A stretch of 64,000 nucleotides of DNA from Patescibacteria group bacterium (GTDB taxonomy: Bacteria > Patescibacteriota > Minisyncoccia > Phycocordibacterales > UBA918): the NCBI GenBank assembly GCA_019752815.1, contig JAIELQ010000005.1, forward strand, positions 140,816 through 204,815, in the 5' to 3' direction. Each line of letters begins with the position of its first letter. Within the stretch, counting starts at the first letter, position 1. The notes below the pieces were generated by a model. The model saw only the letters and a list, made by a program, of their open reading frames with translations, had not been told where the DNA came from and searched no databases. The position numbers were made by a program, and so were the translations under genes. Positions 19,225-28,782 of this stretch are shown here, piece by piece.

Positions 19225-19309
19225 TTGAAAATGCACAGGCAAGACCTGTTCAAAAATCTTAAATTACTAGACAAAACCCCTAAAAAGCGGTATTCTAGTC
19301 ATGTTTTCG

Positions 19310-19345
19310 GGCGCGCCCATTTTATCGCGCGCCTTTCTCTGTTTT
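19310..19345 (+). terminator. GC hairpin terminator or attenuator in the typA leader
   Basis: GGCGCGC-CCATTTTATC-GCGCGCC then TTTCTCTGTTTTA, 30 nt before the typA ATG. Confidence 0.45.
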
Positions 19346-19377
19346 ATAAGGGCGAAACGTTTAATTATTACTTTATT

Positions 19378-21162
19378 ATGTCAAAAGAAATCCGCAATAT
19401 TGCTATTATCGCTCACGTAGACCATGGGAAAACCACCCTCACTGACGCTCTCATGGAGCAAACGGGTGCTCGTGAAAAAGACGCCTCAATGGATAGTAAC
19501 GCCCTCGAACAAGAACGGGGAATTACTATTTATGCAAAAAATACGTCAATCGAGTACAAAGATACTAAAATCAATATTGTGGACACACCAGGTCACGCGG
19601 ACTTTGGTTCTGAGGTAGAACGGGTATTGCGTTCAATTGACTGTGTACTTTTGGTAGTAGACGCGCAGGAAGGGCCAATGCCACAAACACGGTTTGTGCT
19701 TAAGAAGTCACTTGAACTTGGTCTCAAGCCAATTGTTGTATTAAACAAAATCGACAAACCAGCAGCAGATATTCCACGAGCCGAAGAGCAAGTACTGGAA
19801 CTCTTCCTTGAACTTGGTGCAAATGATGAACAATGTGATTTCACAACGGTTTACGCCATTGGACGCGAAGGTAAGGCCAAGCGCAAAGTAGAAGACGAGA
19901 TGGTTGATCTGTCACCACTTTTGGATGTGATTCTAGAATTGGTACCACCAGCGCGTGCGTATGTACCAGGCGAAGCGCTCCGCGCACAGGTATTTAACCT
20001 TGGCTACGATAACTTTCTCGGACGACTAGCGATTGCACGTGTCTATGAAGGTTCAGTAAAGGGTAATCAGCAATTGATTGTTAAACATGAAGGTCAAGAA
20101 AACCGAAAAGGTAAAGTAGTTAAGCTCAATACATTCAAAGGGATTTCAAAAGTAGAAACTCCAGAAGCGTTTGCCGGAGACATCGTGATGATTGCTGGGT
20201 TTGAAGACATTAACATCGGCGACACCTTAACTGACTCTGATGCGGCTGAACCATTGCCAGCTATCAAGGTAGACGAACCAACCATCGCCTTGCAGTTTAT
20301 GCCAAACAGTTCTCCGTTTGCCGGACGTGAAGGGAAGTACGTAACCAGTCGTCAAATCAAAGAACGTTTGGAAAAAGAACTCGAAGTAAACGTTGGGCTC
20401 CAGGTAAACTTTGACCAAGGTGATAGTTTTGAAGTTCGTGGACGGGGTGAAATGCACATCGCGATTTTGCTCGAAAACATGCGTCGTGAAGGGTATGAGC
20501 TCGCCGTGTCACAACCACAGGTAATTATCAAAGATATCGACGGTGTAAAATCTGAACCGTTTGAAGAAGTAACCGTAGATATTCCGTCAGAATTCCAAGG
20601 TGCAGTTATTGAACGATTGGGTACCCGTGGTTTTACCATGACCAATATGATCATGCACGAAAACCAAGTGCGTATCATGCTCGAAGGACCAACTCGTGGG
20701 CTCCTTGGATACAAAAACCAATTTGTGGTTGATACCAAGGGTGACGGTATCTTGGCCTCACGTGTGCTCGGTTTCCGTCCATACGCTGGTGAAATCAAGA
20801 AGCGCCAAGTAGGTTCAATGATTTCAATGATTCAAGGCAAGGCGCTTGGATTTGCACTCTTTAGTCTCCAGGACCGTGGACAACTCTACATTGGTGCTGG
20901 TACCGAAGTGTATGAAGGAATGGTGATTGGTAACACCAGTAAAGGTGAGGAAATGACCGTAAACCCAACCAAGGGTAAGCAGCTCACCAACATGCGTGCT
21001 TCTGGTTCTGATGATGCGATTGTGCTCATTAATCCTCGAGTTATCTCTATCGAAATTGGTCTCGAAATTATGGCTGACGACGAATACCTCGAAGTGACTC
21101 CACAATCAGTCCGTCTGCGAAAAGCCAAGTTGAAAGAAGGCGACCGCAAACGAGGGAGTTAA
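19378..21162 (+). CDS. typA: Translational GTPase TypA/BipA. The ORF opens at 19225 but the conserved N-terminus starts at 19378.
   Basis: [26 protein letters not shown]..., [13 protein letters not shown]; about 595 aa from 19378. Confidence 0.9.
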   Translation: MSKEIRNIAIIAHVDHGKTTLTDALMEQTGAREKDASMDSNALEQERGITIYAKNTSIEYKDTKINIVDTPGHADFGSEVERVLRSIDCVLLVVDAQEGPMPQTRFVLKKSLELGLKPIVVLNKIDKPAADIPRAEEQVLELFLELGANDEQCDFTTVYAIGREGKAKRKVEDEMVDLSPLLDVILELVPPARAYVPGEALRAQVFNLGYDNFLGRLAIARVYEGSVKGNQQLIVKHEGQENRKGKVVKLNTFKGISKVETPEAFAGDIVMIAGFEDINIGDTLTDSDAAEPLPAIKVDEPTIALQFMPNSSPFAGREGKYVTSRQIKERLEKELEVNVGLQVNFDQGDSFEVRGRGEMHIAILLENMRREGYELAVSQPQVIIKDIDGVKSEPFEEVTVDIPSEFQGAVIERLGTRGFTMTNMIMHENQVRIMLEGPTRGLLGYKNQFVVDTKGDGILASRVLGFRPYAGEIKKRQVGSMISMIQGKALGFALFSLQDRGQLYIGAGTEVYEGMVIGNTSKGEEMTVNPTKGKQLTNMRASGSDDAIVLINPRVISIEIGLEIMADDEYLEVTPQSVRLRKAKLKEGDRKRGS

Positions 21163-21180
21163 TACTCATAAACTTAAACT

Positions 21181-21209
21181 AAAAACAGTCACTCATGGTG
21201 ACTGTTTTT
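21181..21209. terminator. Bidirectional terminator after typA
   Basis: AAAAACAGTCAC-TCATG-GTGACTGTTTTT. Confidence 0.7.
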
Positions 21210-21269
21210 AGTTTTTGCAAAACAATGTTTCTGCTATACTTATTATAGATATGAAGAGGGAGGGGAATT

Positions 21270-21449
21270 ATGTCAGTTCTAAACCTGTTACTAAAATTGT
21301 GCGCCATTGATTGGTACTTTGTAGAGGGTAACGCTCTGCGTTCACAAGGGCAGTTTGTCTATCCGCCAGAAATTGTAAAAGCGGTGGCAGATAATGAACA
21401 AGTCCAGGTACCACATTTGGTATTCATAATAAGGTGTGAAGAAAAGTGA
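21270..21449 (+). CDS. Small hypothetical protein (59 aa)
   Basis: ATG preceded by one of the few clear RBS (GAGGGGAA, 5-nt spacing); bracketed by two terminators. MSVLNLLLKLCAIDWYFVEGNALRSQGQFVYPPEIVKAVADNEQVQVPHLVFIIRCEEK. Confidence 0.3.
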   Translation: MSVLNLLLKLCAIDWYFVEGNALRSQGQFVYPPEIVKAVADNEQVQVPHLVFIIRCEEK

Positions 21450-21453
21450 AAAG

Positions 21454-21481
21454 AAACAGCGCCTGTCGAGGCGCTGTTTTC
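21454..21481. terminator. Bidirectional terminator shared by the small ORF and the convergent pseudouridine synthase gene
   Basis: AAACAGCGCC-TGTCGA-GGCGCTGTTT. Confidence 0.65.
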
Positions 21482-22191
21482 TATTGGACGTTAATGAGTT
21501 GTAGAAATTGTTTCAGTTCAGGACCAACAATTTTTCGGTATTGATTTGGTTTGATGTTTTTCAGTTCAATGTTGGCAATGCGTACGCGTTTGAGGTTTTT
21601 AACTTGGTAGCCTAGCGCGGCACACATGCGACGGATTTGGTGCTTCTTGCCCTCAGTCAACGTAATATTAAATTTGTGTTCGTTTTTGGTTGACGGGACA
21701 ACTACGGTTGGTTTGGTTTGGTAGCCTTCGATATCAACGCCGTTTTGCATAAGGTGCACAAAAAGAGTGGAGATTTTTTTGTCGACTTCTACCTGATACT
21801 CTTTTTCAATACCAGATTCAGGTGACAGGAGGGGGCCAGTAATCCGACCGTCGCTGGTGATAATAATTAGTCCTTCTGAAGCTTTGTCTAAACGTCCCAC
21901 TGGTGACATGTTGGTAATACCAAAATCTTTTTCAAGCCTCATCACAATATCTACTTCTTTTTCACCTGGTGAATGGGTAATCGTGCCACGTCCTTTGTAG
22001 TAGGCGAGGTATTGTTTTTCCTTGGTGGTGCCTTTTACTTCAACTTTGTCACCTTCGTTTACTTGTGATCCGGGCACGGCTTTTTTGCCGTTAATCAGCA
22101 CTTGGCGTTTTTCAACCAGCACATCAGCCTCGCGACGTGACGCAATACCGATGTGGGCGAGATATTTATTAATACGCATTGGGAATTCCAT
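21481..22191 (-). CDS. Pseudouridine synthase, RsuA/RluB family (S4 domain + catalytic domain)
   Basis: MRINKYLAHIGIASRREADVLV (S4 domain), and GRLDKASEGLIIITSDG (catalytic Asp motif). Confidence 0.8.
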   Translation of the reverse strand: MEFPMRINKYLAHIGIASRREADVLVEKRQVLINGKKAVPGSQVNEGDKVEVKGTTKEKQYLAYYKGRGTITHSPGEKEVDIVMRLEKDFGITNMSPVGRLDKASEGLIIITSDGRITGPLLSPESGIEKEYQVEVDKKISTLFVHLMQNGVDIEGYQTKPTVVVPSTKNEHKFNITLTEGKKHQIRRMCAALGYQVKNLKRVRIANIELKNIKPNQYRKIVGPELKQFLQLINVQ

Positions 22192-22242
22192 AGGTTAAAA
22201 TTATATCACAAAAATCTAGATTTGCAATATTTATGTAATACT

Positions 22243-22275
22243 AAAAAACCATGGATGGAATGTCCATGGTTTTTT
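22243..22275. terminator. Bidirectional terminator
   Basis: AAAAAACCATGGA-TGGAATG-TCCATGGTTTTTT. Confidence 0.65.
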
Positions 22276-22285
22276 GCGTTGATAA

Positions 22286-22858
22286 TTATTTTAGACTAAT
22301 CTCAGATGTTTTATATGATTCGAGCTCCTCAGCACTGAGTCGAGCTGCGGTTTGTTTTCGTCCATCCACCATGGTGAAGGGGAGGGAAGTTATCTGGAGG
22401 GAGATGTCGTCTTTTACTGATGCGGTACGCATATCCACGAGGGCCACCAGGGTAAACGTTTGTGATTTACCTTTTGGTAGGTAGTATTGATTGTCTTTGA
22501 TGTCAGCATCAGACACTACAATGGCTTTGGCTTTACCTGGTAACACACTGTAGTTAAGGCTAAAGCTTTGGTCGTTGCTTTTCATTACTGTTGAGGTGGC
22601 TTTTGCTTCAGTTTGGTCATTAAATAAAATACTGTATTTCACATCCGATCCTTTGTCAGTGAATTTGGTGTTACGGCTTGCTTCAATCGGCATGTACATT
22701 TCACGGTTCAAAAAGCCAAATTTATACGTCACAGTGAAAAGTGCATAACCATTCCCAAGGTCTTTAGCTGAAGTGTCAGTCACCGAATAGGCCTGTGAGG
22801 CGCTGGGAAGGATAAGAGTTCCTAGTAAAAGAGCACTAAAAAGAATATTTGATTTCAT
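22286..22858 (-). CDS. Secreted hypothetical protein
   Basis: Signal peptide MKSNILFSALLLGTLILPSASQA, then a beta-rich domain. Confidence 0.5.
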   Translation of the reverse strand: MKSNILFSALLLGTLILPSASQAYSVTDTSAKDLGNGYALFTVTYKFGFLNREMYMPIEASRNTKFTDKGSDVKYSILFNDQTEAKATSTVMKSNDQSFSLNYSVLPGKAKAIVVSDADIKDNQYYLPKGKSQTFTLVALVDMRTASVKDDISLQITSLPFTMVDGRKQTAARLSAEELESYKTSEISLK

Positions 22859-22928
22859 GTTTATATTTTACTATATCTTATAGGCATTTCAAAACTGAAA
22901 TTTTTTAATGCTATAGTACGTAATACAC

Positions 22929-23528
22929 ATGTTGGGCACCGAGATACCACAAGAGCTAACAGATGCACAAGTAGTCGCGCAATCACTAGTTGACCGCAGC
23001 TATTTTGCGCTCATTGTGGAACGGTACGAAGACAAACTGATGCGCTACATTAGGCGGCTCGGCGTTAGTTCTCATGAAGACCGGCAAGACATTCTCCAGG
23101 AAATTTTTTTAAAAGTGTATAAAAACCTTAACGGTTTTGATAGTGGATTATTGTTTTCGTCTTGGATATACCGGATTGCACATAACGAAACAATTTCATG
23201 GTATCGTAAGCAAAACGTTCGCCCCGAAGGGCACCTCATCAGTGACAATGAAGAGCTCTTTTTATATATTCCTGATGGTGGTGCATCAGCAGAACAGCTG
23301 GTTGATGAAGCAATCGATGCCAAACGTTTACGGCAGGCACTTTTGGTGCTCGACGCCAAATACCGTGACCCCATCATTTTGCGTTTTTTTGAACATAAAG
23401 AATACGATGAAATTTCTGATATTTTGAAAATCCCTATCGGTACGGTTGGTACCTTAATCTCTCGGGGAAAGATGAAGCTGCAAATGATACTGACGAATGA
23501 AGAAACAACTAGTACGAAACAACCATGA
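22929..23528 (+). CDS. RNA polymerase sigma-70 family factor (ECF-like)
   Basis: Region 2 (ILQEIFLKVYKNL...WIYRIAHNETISWYRK), and region 4 (LRQALLVLDAKYRDPIILRFFEHKEYDEISDILKIPIGTVGTLISRGKMKL). Confidence 0.8.
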   Translation: MLGTEIPQELTDAQVVAQSLVDRSYFALIVERYEDKLMRYIRRLGVSSHEDRQDILQEIFLKVYKNLNGFDSGLLFSSWIYRIAHNETISWYRKQNVRPEGHLISDNEELFLYIPDGGASAEQLVDEAIDAKRLRQALLVLDAKYRDPIILRFFEHKEYDEISDILKIPIGTVGTLISRGKMKLQMILTNEETTSTKQP

Positions 23529-24445
23529 CAAACGACTCATCACAACAAAATAACCATCAAAAAGACTCCTCTACGGTCGATCGTCTTTTTGAACGGATTG
23601 AAGCAGAATCTATTACCCCAACACCAAAAATAAAGTTTGTAGCGGCACAATGGGGGTTGTGGCTCGTCTGGGGGTTAACGGTATTTTTTGGAGCTGCTGC
23701 GCTCGCGATTAGTGGCTATGTAACGATGAGTGCTCAGTACGCCCTCTATGAAGCAACCCATGAAAACTTTTTGACGTTTATGGTAGCTATCATGCCGTAC
23801 ATTTGGTTAGTGCTGTTTGCTCTGATGACCTATATTTCAGTGTACGAGATCAAGAATACCAAACGAGGCTATCGCTATAGTACGATTGTTGTTCTTGGCA
23901 GTAACGTAATCTTTACAATTCTCGGAGCCGTGTTGTTACATTGTCTGGGGTTAGGGTACACCCTTGATCAGAAATTAGGTGAGCAAATTGGTATGTACAT
24001 GTCGCTTGAAAAACGAGAACAGTCACTGTGGCAGAAGCCGGTTGAGGGACGGTTGGTGGGAATATTAGAACCAATCGCAACACCAGTTACTGGGGAAGTA
24101 GCGATCCTGAATTTTAAAGATAGTACCGGTGTCTTATGGCGTCTCAGTGTCGATGAGTTAAATGAGCGCGAGCGTTTACTACTCACCCGGGCGCTACCGG
24201 TACGATTACTTGGTACGACTACCAGCGATTTTAGCTTCCATGTTTGTGGGGTATTTCCGTGGGCTCAGGGGAGAGCGATGCCACGCAGGGAAATGCGTGA
24301 ACATCGTGCTGAATTTGACGCCATGATGCTTGATAAAATGGAGAAAATTGAGGACTGGGGCAGAGAATTAGGCCCAAGAACCCCACTAGAGAGACCAGAA
24401 ACCAGTCTCTGCGCCACTTTGCCAATAATGAAACGCATGCGGTAG
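23525..24445 (+). CDS. Membrane protein overlapping the sigma factor stop by 4 nt; its position suggests a cognate anti-sigma factor
   Basis: ATGA overlap with the sigma gene; cytoplasmic N-terminus followed by multiple TM helices. Confidence 0.4.
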   Translation: MTNDSSQQNNHQKDSSTVDRLFERIEAESITPTPKIKFVAAQWGLWLVWGLTVFFGAAALAISGYVTMSAQYALYEATHENFLTFMVAIMPYIWLVLFALMTYISVYEIKNTKRGYRYSTIVVLGSNVIFTILGAVLLHCLGLGYTLDQKLGEQIGMYMSLEKREQSLWQKPVEGRLVGILEPIATPVTGEVAILNFKDSTGVLWRLSVDELNERERLLLTRALPVRLLGTTTSDFSFHVCGVFPWAQGRAMPRREMREHRAEFDAMMLDKMEKIEDWGRELGPRTPLERPETSLCATLPIMKRMR

Positions 24446-24520
24446 GTAATACCTAGAGACAGAGTAAAAAGAACGTGTTGTATATTACAAAACTTATTGT
24501 ATCGTAAGACAATGTTGCTA

Positions 24521-24548
24521 AAAAATGGCTCTATTGAGCCATTTTTTT
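24521..24548 (+). terminator. Rho-independent terminator after the sigma/anti-sigma pair
   Basis: AAAAATGGCTC-TATT-GAGCCATTTTTTT. Confidence 0.65.
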
Positions 24549-24581
24549 AATGCTTTTACCCTTGATTTAGAGGGTAAGTGT

Positions 24582-24610
24582 TTGACATTACAGTCAAAAT
24601 ATGCTATAGT
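24582..24610 (+). promoter_or_regulatory. Near-consensus sigma70 promoter TTGACA-N17-TATAGT with an adjacent inverted repeat
   Basis: TTGACA (24582-24587), 17-nt spacer, TATAGT (24605-24610). Immediately upstream is the inverted repeat TTTACCCT-N8-AGGGTAAG (24556-24578). Confidence 0.5.
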
Positions 24611-24722
24611 ATTAAAACCAGCAAAGTTGTGATAGGATATTGCGGTTACAAGGTATCAGCTTGTATTTATAACTTAAGACAATTGGCTTATTATATCCAC
24701 TGTAATCCTCGCTGTACTCTCT

Positions 24723-25139
24723 GTGTCGACCGCTTATGCAGTTCCAGAAAGTGCCGCGTACGGACATATTGTGACTGAGTCTGAGGCAGTAGTAGCGGCT
24801 GAAACGAACGCACATGTACATTCAAATACAGAAGCAATCGTTCGAGACTACTTCAAAGACATCCCAGTCATGATTCAGGTGGCTCGTTGCGAGTCTACCT
24901 TCCGCCATACTCTGGCGGATGGTTCAGTCTTGCAAGGATTGGTTGATAATGCTGACACGGGAGTAATGCAAATTAACAAGCGTTACCACCTTGAAACTGC
25001 AACTAGTCTCGGGCTCGACCTATACGATATTTATGACAACATGGCGTATGCCCGACATCTCTATGAGAAACAGGGCTTGCAACCATGGAGTGCGTCGTCT
25101 CCTTGTTGGGGACAGACACTTGCCATGAATACTCAATAA
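24723..25139 (+). CDS. Small lytic-transglycosylase (SLT)-like protein; tentative. Start is GTG.
   Basis: ARCESTF (catalytic E-S) ... GVMQIN (GLMQ-like) ... AYARHLY pattern; no signal peptide detected. Confidence 0.4.
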   Translation: MSTAYAVPESAAYGHIVTESEAVVAAETNAHVHSNTEAIVRDYFKDIPVMIQVARCESTFRHTLADGSVLQGLVDNADTGVMQINKRYHLETATSLGLDLYDIYDNMAYARHLYEKQGLQPWSASSPCWGQTLAMNTQ

Positions 25140-25275
25140 TAGAATAGTTCTAAAACTCCTAGCTACTACGCTTACTGCGTCGAGAATATGTTCACCGTAC
25201 AATTAGTACGGCTCACACATTCTCTCCTGGTCGCCTTGTATCTAGAAGTTCATTGGAACTATTCTGTCTCCACTA

Positions 25276-25302
25276 CAAAAAACTCCCTTCGGGGAGTTTT
25301 TT
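25276..25302. terminator. Bidirectional terminator, a member of the recurrent AAAAAACTCC...GGAGTTTTTT palindrome family
   Basis: AAAAAACTCCC-TTCG-GGGAGTTTTTT. Confidence 0.7.
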
Positions 25303-25325
25303 GTATCTGCTATAATTGAATAACC

Positions 25326-25790
25326 ATGACAAAAACGACTAATTACTGGATTATGAAATCTGAACCGCATGAGTTTAGTATTGATGATCTTAAGAAAAAA
25401 GACGTCTCAATCTGGGACGGAATTCGTAACTACCAAGTACGGAATATGATTCGGGATGTGATGGGGGTAGGGGACCGAGCTTTTTTCTATCATTCCAGTA
25501 GCAAAGAAATTGGAATAGTGGGGGAGATGGAGATAATTAAAAGTGCCTATCCAGATCCAACACAGTTCAAAGCAAATAGTAGATATTTTGATAAAGGTTC
25601 TAAAAAAGACGCTCCGCGCTGGTTGTCAGTGGATGTGAAATTTGTAGCCAAATTTCCACGTACACTAACGTTGGCGGAAATTAAACTCAACCCAAAATTT
25701 GAATCACTACCACTCGTGAAGAAAGGGAATAGGCTATCAATTATGCCGATTAGTAAAGCGCACTACGATTTGATAAAGAAAACAGTTTAA
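25326..25790 (+). CDS. EVE domain (PUA-like) protein
   Basis: YWIMKSEPHEFSIDDL...WDGIRNYQVRNMIRD...GDRAFFYHSS...AYPDPTQF. Confidence 0.8.
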   Translation: MTKTTNYWIMKSEPHEFSIDDLKKKDVSIWDGIRNYQVRNMIRDVMGVGDRAFFYHSSSKEIGIVGEMEIIKSAYPDPTQFKANSRYFDKGSKKDAPRWLSVDVKFVAKFPRTLTLAEIKLNPKFESLPLVKKGNRLSIMPISKAHYDLIKKTV

Positions 25791-25828
25791 GCTTTCAGTG
25801 AACTGAAAGTTACATATTTAACATACAT

Positions 25829-26116
25829 ATGGCAAAAGTAACCAAAGCGTCTGATGCTAAAAAATTTACTGATATCCCAAACGTCGGGAAGGCGGTAGCA
25901 CAAAAACTCATAATGCTAAATCTAAAATCTCCGTCTGATTTAAAAACCAAAGATGCCTATGCGCTCTATACGAAACTAAATAAATTAACAGGCATGCGCA
26001 ACAATCCGTGCCTCCTCGATACCTTTATTGCTGCGATAGACTTCATGAACGGCGCTCCCTCCAGATATTGGTTTTATTACACCAAAGACCGGAAGAAACA
26101 ATATCCAAAATTATAG
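25829..26116 (+). CDS. Helix-hairpin-helix DNA-binding domain protein (Cdd1/TfoX C-terminal-like)
   Basis: FTDIPNVGKAVAQKLIMLNLKSPSDL HhH-like segment; 95 aa. Confidence 0.45.
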   Translation: MAKVTKASDAKKFTDIPNVGKAVAQKLIMLNLKSPSDLKTKDAYALYTKLNKLTGMRNNPCLLDTFIAAIDFMNGAPSRYWFYYTKDRKKQYPKL

Positions 26117-26119
26117 TTC

Positions 26120-27061
26120 TTATTTTTTCAGTGGATGGAACTCCTTGTGGGTTGTTTCCGCGTATCTGTCAGACGCATGGACGTAACGGGAAGTAGTTTC
26201 GAGTGACTCGTGACCTAACAGAACCTGGATGGCGGCGGGGTTGGCGCCTTGTTCGGCGAGGTATGTCGCAAAACCGTGACGCAATGAGTGGGCGCTCGTG
26301 GGGATGCTGATACCTAACATCTCACGGTACCATTTAATTTTCATTTGCAGGTAGTTAGCCGAAATATGTTTCTTAACATTTTTAGCATTAAGTCCCCGTT
26401 GGGCCACAAATATATAGGGACAGTCATCATCACGCATTTTGAGATATGTACGAATGTAACCTTCAGCTCGAGCAGTCAGGTAAATGAAACGTTGTTTACG
26501 ACCCTTACCTAAAATGTAAATTTTACCGGTCTGATCAAGCTGACTGATTTTGAGACTAATCAACTCCGAGATACGCATACCGCTCGCAAATAACGTCTCC
26601 AGTAATGCCCGGTTACGAGCCGCGACGAACTCGTCTTTTTCCAAGGTAGTAGGGGATTCAATTAATTTGATGAGTTCGTTTAGTTCAAGGAGCTGTCCGG
26701 TAGGTTTTTGCATCCGAAGCAATTTGATAGCGGTCGGCGCAACCGGCACCGGTTCATCCATATCCATCAGGAACCCCAGGTAACGCCTGAGGGAAGTGAG
26801 GTGCCGATTAATGGAACCACTTTTTAATTTAACTTCGGACTCGGCTCCACCCGAGGTCTTGCGAGTAGGGGAGTTGAGGTACGCTTTGTATTGCTCCAGC
26901 GTTCGTTTGGTCACTTTATCAAATGGCACTCCTTTTAATTCATTCTGTAAAAAATTTGCAAACGTATCGAGGTCACGCTCGTAGTTATACAAAGTTTCCG
27001 GGGAATAATTATTCGCCTGGATGTGTAAAAGAAAATCGTCGATGAGAGGGAGGGTATTCAT
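26120..27061 (-). CDS. Tyrosine recombinase, XerC/XerD family
   Basis: N-terminal SAM-like core-binding domain (LYNYERDLDTFANFL). C-terminal catalytic domain with R...HSLRHGFAT...LLGHESLETTSRYVH (the Y nucleophile). Confidence 0.85.
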   Translation of the reverse strand: MNTLPLIDDFLLHIQANNYSPETLYNYERDLDTFANFLQNELKGVPFDKVTKRTLEQYKAYLNSPTRKTSGGAESEVKLKSGSINRHLTSLRRYLGFLMDMDEPVPVAPTAIKLLRMQKPTGQLLELNELIKLIESPTTLEKDEFVAARNRALLETLFASGMRISELISLKISQLDQTGKIYILGKGRKQRFIYLTARAEGYIRTYLKMRDDDCPYIFVAQRGLNAKNVKKHISANYLQMKIKWYREMLGISIPTSAHSLRHGFATYLAEQGANPAAIQVLLGHESLETTSRYVHASDRYAETTHKEFHPLKK

Positions 27062-27111
27062 AATTGATATTTCTATTATATATTGATAGCGGGGTACTTC
27101 CCGTTAGGTTA

Positions 27112-27150
27112 TTAATAACTGAGTATAATAACTCTAATACTCAGTATTAT
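27112..27150. repeat. Inverted repeat about 50 nt upstream of the recombinase start
   Basis: ACTGAGTAT-N11-ATACTCAGT embedded in AT-rich sequence. Confidence 0.4.
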
Positions 27151-27756
27151 ATCAATAATAAAGGTTTATTACACATCCGGCTGTTTATAACCATAAAGAC
27201 CTTCTGCCCCAGGCTTATTAAAATTTTGAATTAATTATTGAGTTTAGTTTCGGTATTTAATTTCCCGTATGTTTTTTCCAGATTTCTCTCTTTTAAATTT
27301 TATGTTTATTTCTCTGTAAATCAGTTTCTGGATACTTTTTATGCATATTTACCTATGTCTGAGCTTTTTTACAAATTGTGTAGATTTACCATTTTGAGAC
27401 TTTTTGACCACTGGTACCCCAGTATCTCTTTTTTACTACTGGAGGCCATTCTACGAAGCTCAAAATTCGATTTTAAGGCCGATGCATATTTTAAGACGAC
27501 ATCTACATCATGTGAAAATTTACGCGAGTATGAGTGTATGATGCTAGGTGTGAAAAATGTTCTGTGTCAGGCGAGTTTTGATATGAGATACACAAGAGTA
27601 GATTACTAGATGAAGCAGGTATCATCTATAGGTGTGTGAGGGCGGGTAAATTGTAAATGTGCACAGCTTGGATCATTTTTAAAAAATTTAAAATTAACAG
27701 GGGAGTCAGATATCATAAAAATATTTTCTGCTCCCCCGCTGTTGTAAAAAGTTTTT

Positions 27757-27786
27757 GCTCCGCCAAAATTTTTTGGCGGAGCAATT
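27757..27786 (-). terminator. Perfect 14-bp-arm palindrome acting as a terminator after the minus-strand ORF 27786-28097
   Basis: TTGCTCCGCCAAAA-TT-TTTTGGCGGAGCAA, overlapping the stop codon. Confidence 0.55.
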
Positions 27787-28097
27787 CATCTTACAATTTT
27801 AAGGTGAGAGTTTTCATTTGCTGGTGGGACTTCCTCGTCCTCAAGACCATCATCGATGCAGTGACTGAACTCCTCAATCATTTTTGGATCAATTTTAAGA
27901 ATGGTTGCTCCACCAGTCAACTTCCAGCCAGCTTTACCATACTTTGATTCGGTATGCTTTACAATAAATCCCTTTGTCGCTTCCCTCTTGCTTGTAGGAT
28001 GGTCATAGATCATTGTGCGCATAAAAACACCTTCAGCAATTGTATTGCCCTCGTTGTCTTCAAGGTACTGCAAACAACTAAAGACATAGTACGTCAT
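27786..28097 (-). CDS. Hypothetical protein (103 aa)
   Basis: ORF with an acidic C-terminus and no recognisable motif. Confidence 0.4.
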   Translation of the reverse strand: MTYYVFSCLQYLEDNEGNTIAEGVFMRTMIYDHPTSKREATKGFIVKHTESKYGKAGWKLTGGATILKIDPKMIEEFSHCIDDGLEDEEVPPANENSHLKIVR

Positions 28098-28176
28098 AAG
28101 TGACCTCCCTGCTCGTGTATGTTTCTATTTCAATACTATTCCCTCCTAATAAAATGTCAATTTAGTTTTTTATAAT

Positions 28177-28776
28177 TTAAGTTGCCTTAAAGAACGTGGG
28201 TGGTTCGGCGTCAAATTTTACCTCGGGTAAACTACCTACAGTCTCATGCTCTTTAAGGTGAGGATACTGCGCGCGGTACGCTACCATGACGTCGCCAAAT
28301 ACCGAATCATTCCAGTCGAGGTTCAGTAACAGGCTCAGATGTTGTAGAGTCGAAGTATCTGGTCCTTCGATTTCAATATACGGATTAAGCCATGGCCAGA
28401 CATCAAGCACAATTTCGCAACCTCGGAACTCCCAGGTCTCACGCATAGATTCCTGGAATGATAAAACTTCCAGACCAGCTGCTTCAAATATTTTTATTGT
28501 ATTTTCAAATGAATCTACCGTCGTGGTTATTTCCTTAGCACCATCAACTGACAGTGACTGAAACTGTTTAAACGTTAGAGTGGTAGCATCACCTTCGTCG
28601 CGCACCCGAATAAATGAGTTGCTGGTGCCAGTTTGTAATCTTCTGTCCGGGTAATCAATAATTGCCCGTCGCATCAGCCGCATTGGTTTAGTGCAAGTAG
28701 CATCAAGTCCACGCAATTTGGCACGGATGTCGTCATGGTCTATATTTAAAAATTTCACCTCAATTTCTGTTGTCAT
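28177..28776 (-). CDS. CYTH domain protein (triphosphate tunnel metalloenzyme; CyaB/ThTPase-like)
   Basis: N-terminal EIEVKF (ExExK signature), with further conserved R and E residues along a roughly 190-aa domain. Confidence 0.7.
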   Translation of the reverse strand: MTTEIEVKFLNIDHDDIRAKLRGLDATCTKPMRLMRRAIIDYPDRRLQTGTSNSFIRVRDEGDATTLTFKQFQSLSVDGAKEITTTVDSFENTIKIFEAAGLEVLSFQESMRETWEFRGCEIVLDVWPWLNPYIEIEGPDTSTLQHLSLLLNLDWNDSVFGDVMVAYRAQYPHLKEHETVGSLPEVKFDAEPPTFFKAT

Positions 28777-28782
28777 AGAAGA

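Noticed and set aside
27238-27947. ORFs of 123 and 96 aa in the AT-rich tract next to the recombinase
   Set aside because: F/L/Y/K-rich low-complexity translations of AT-rich DNA with no start signals; the region is more plausibly non-coding.
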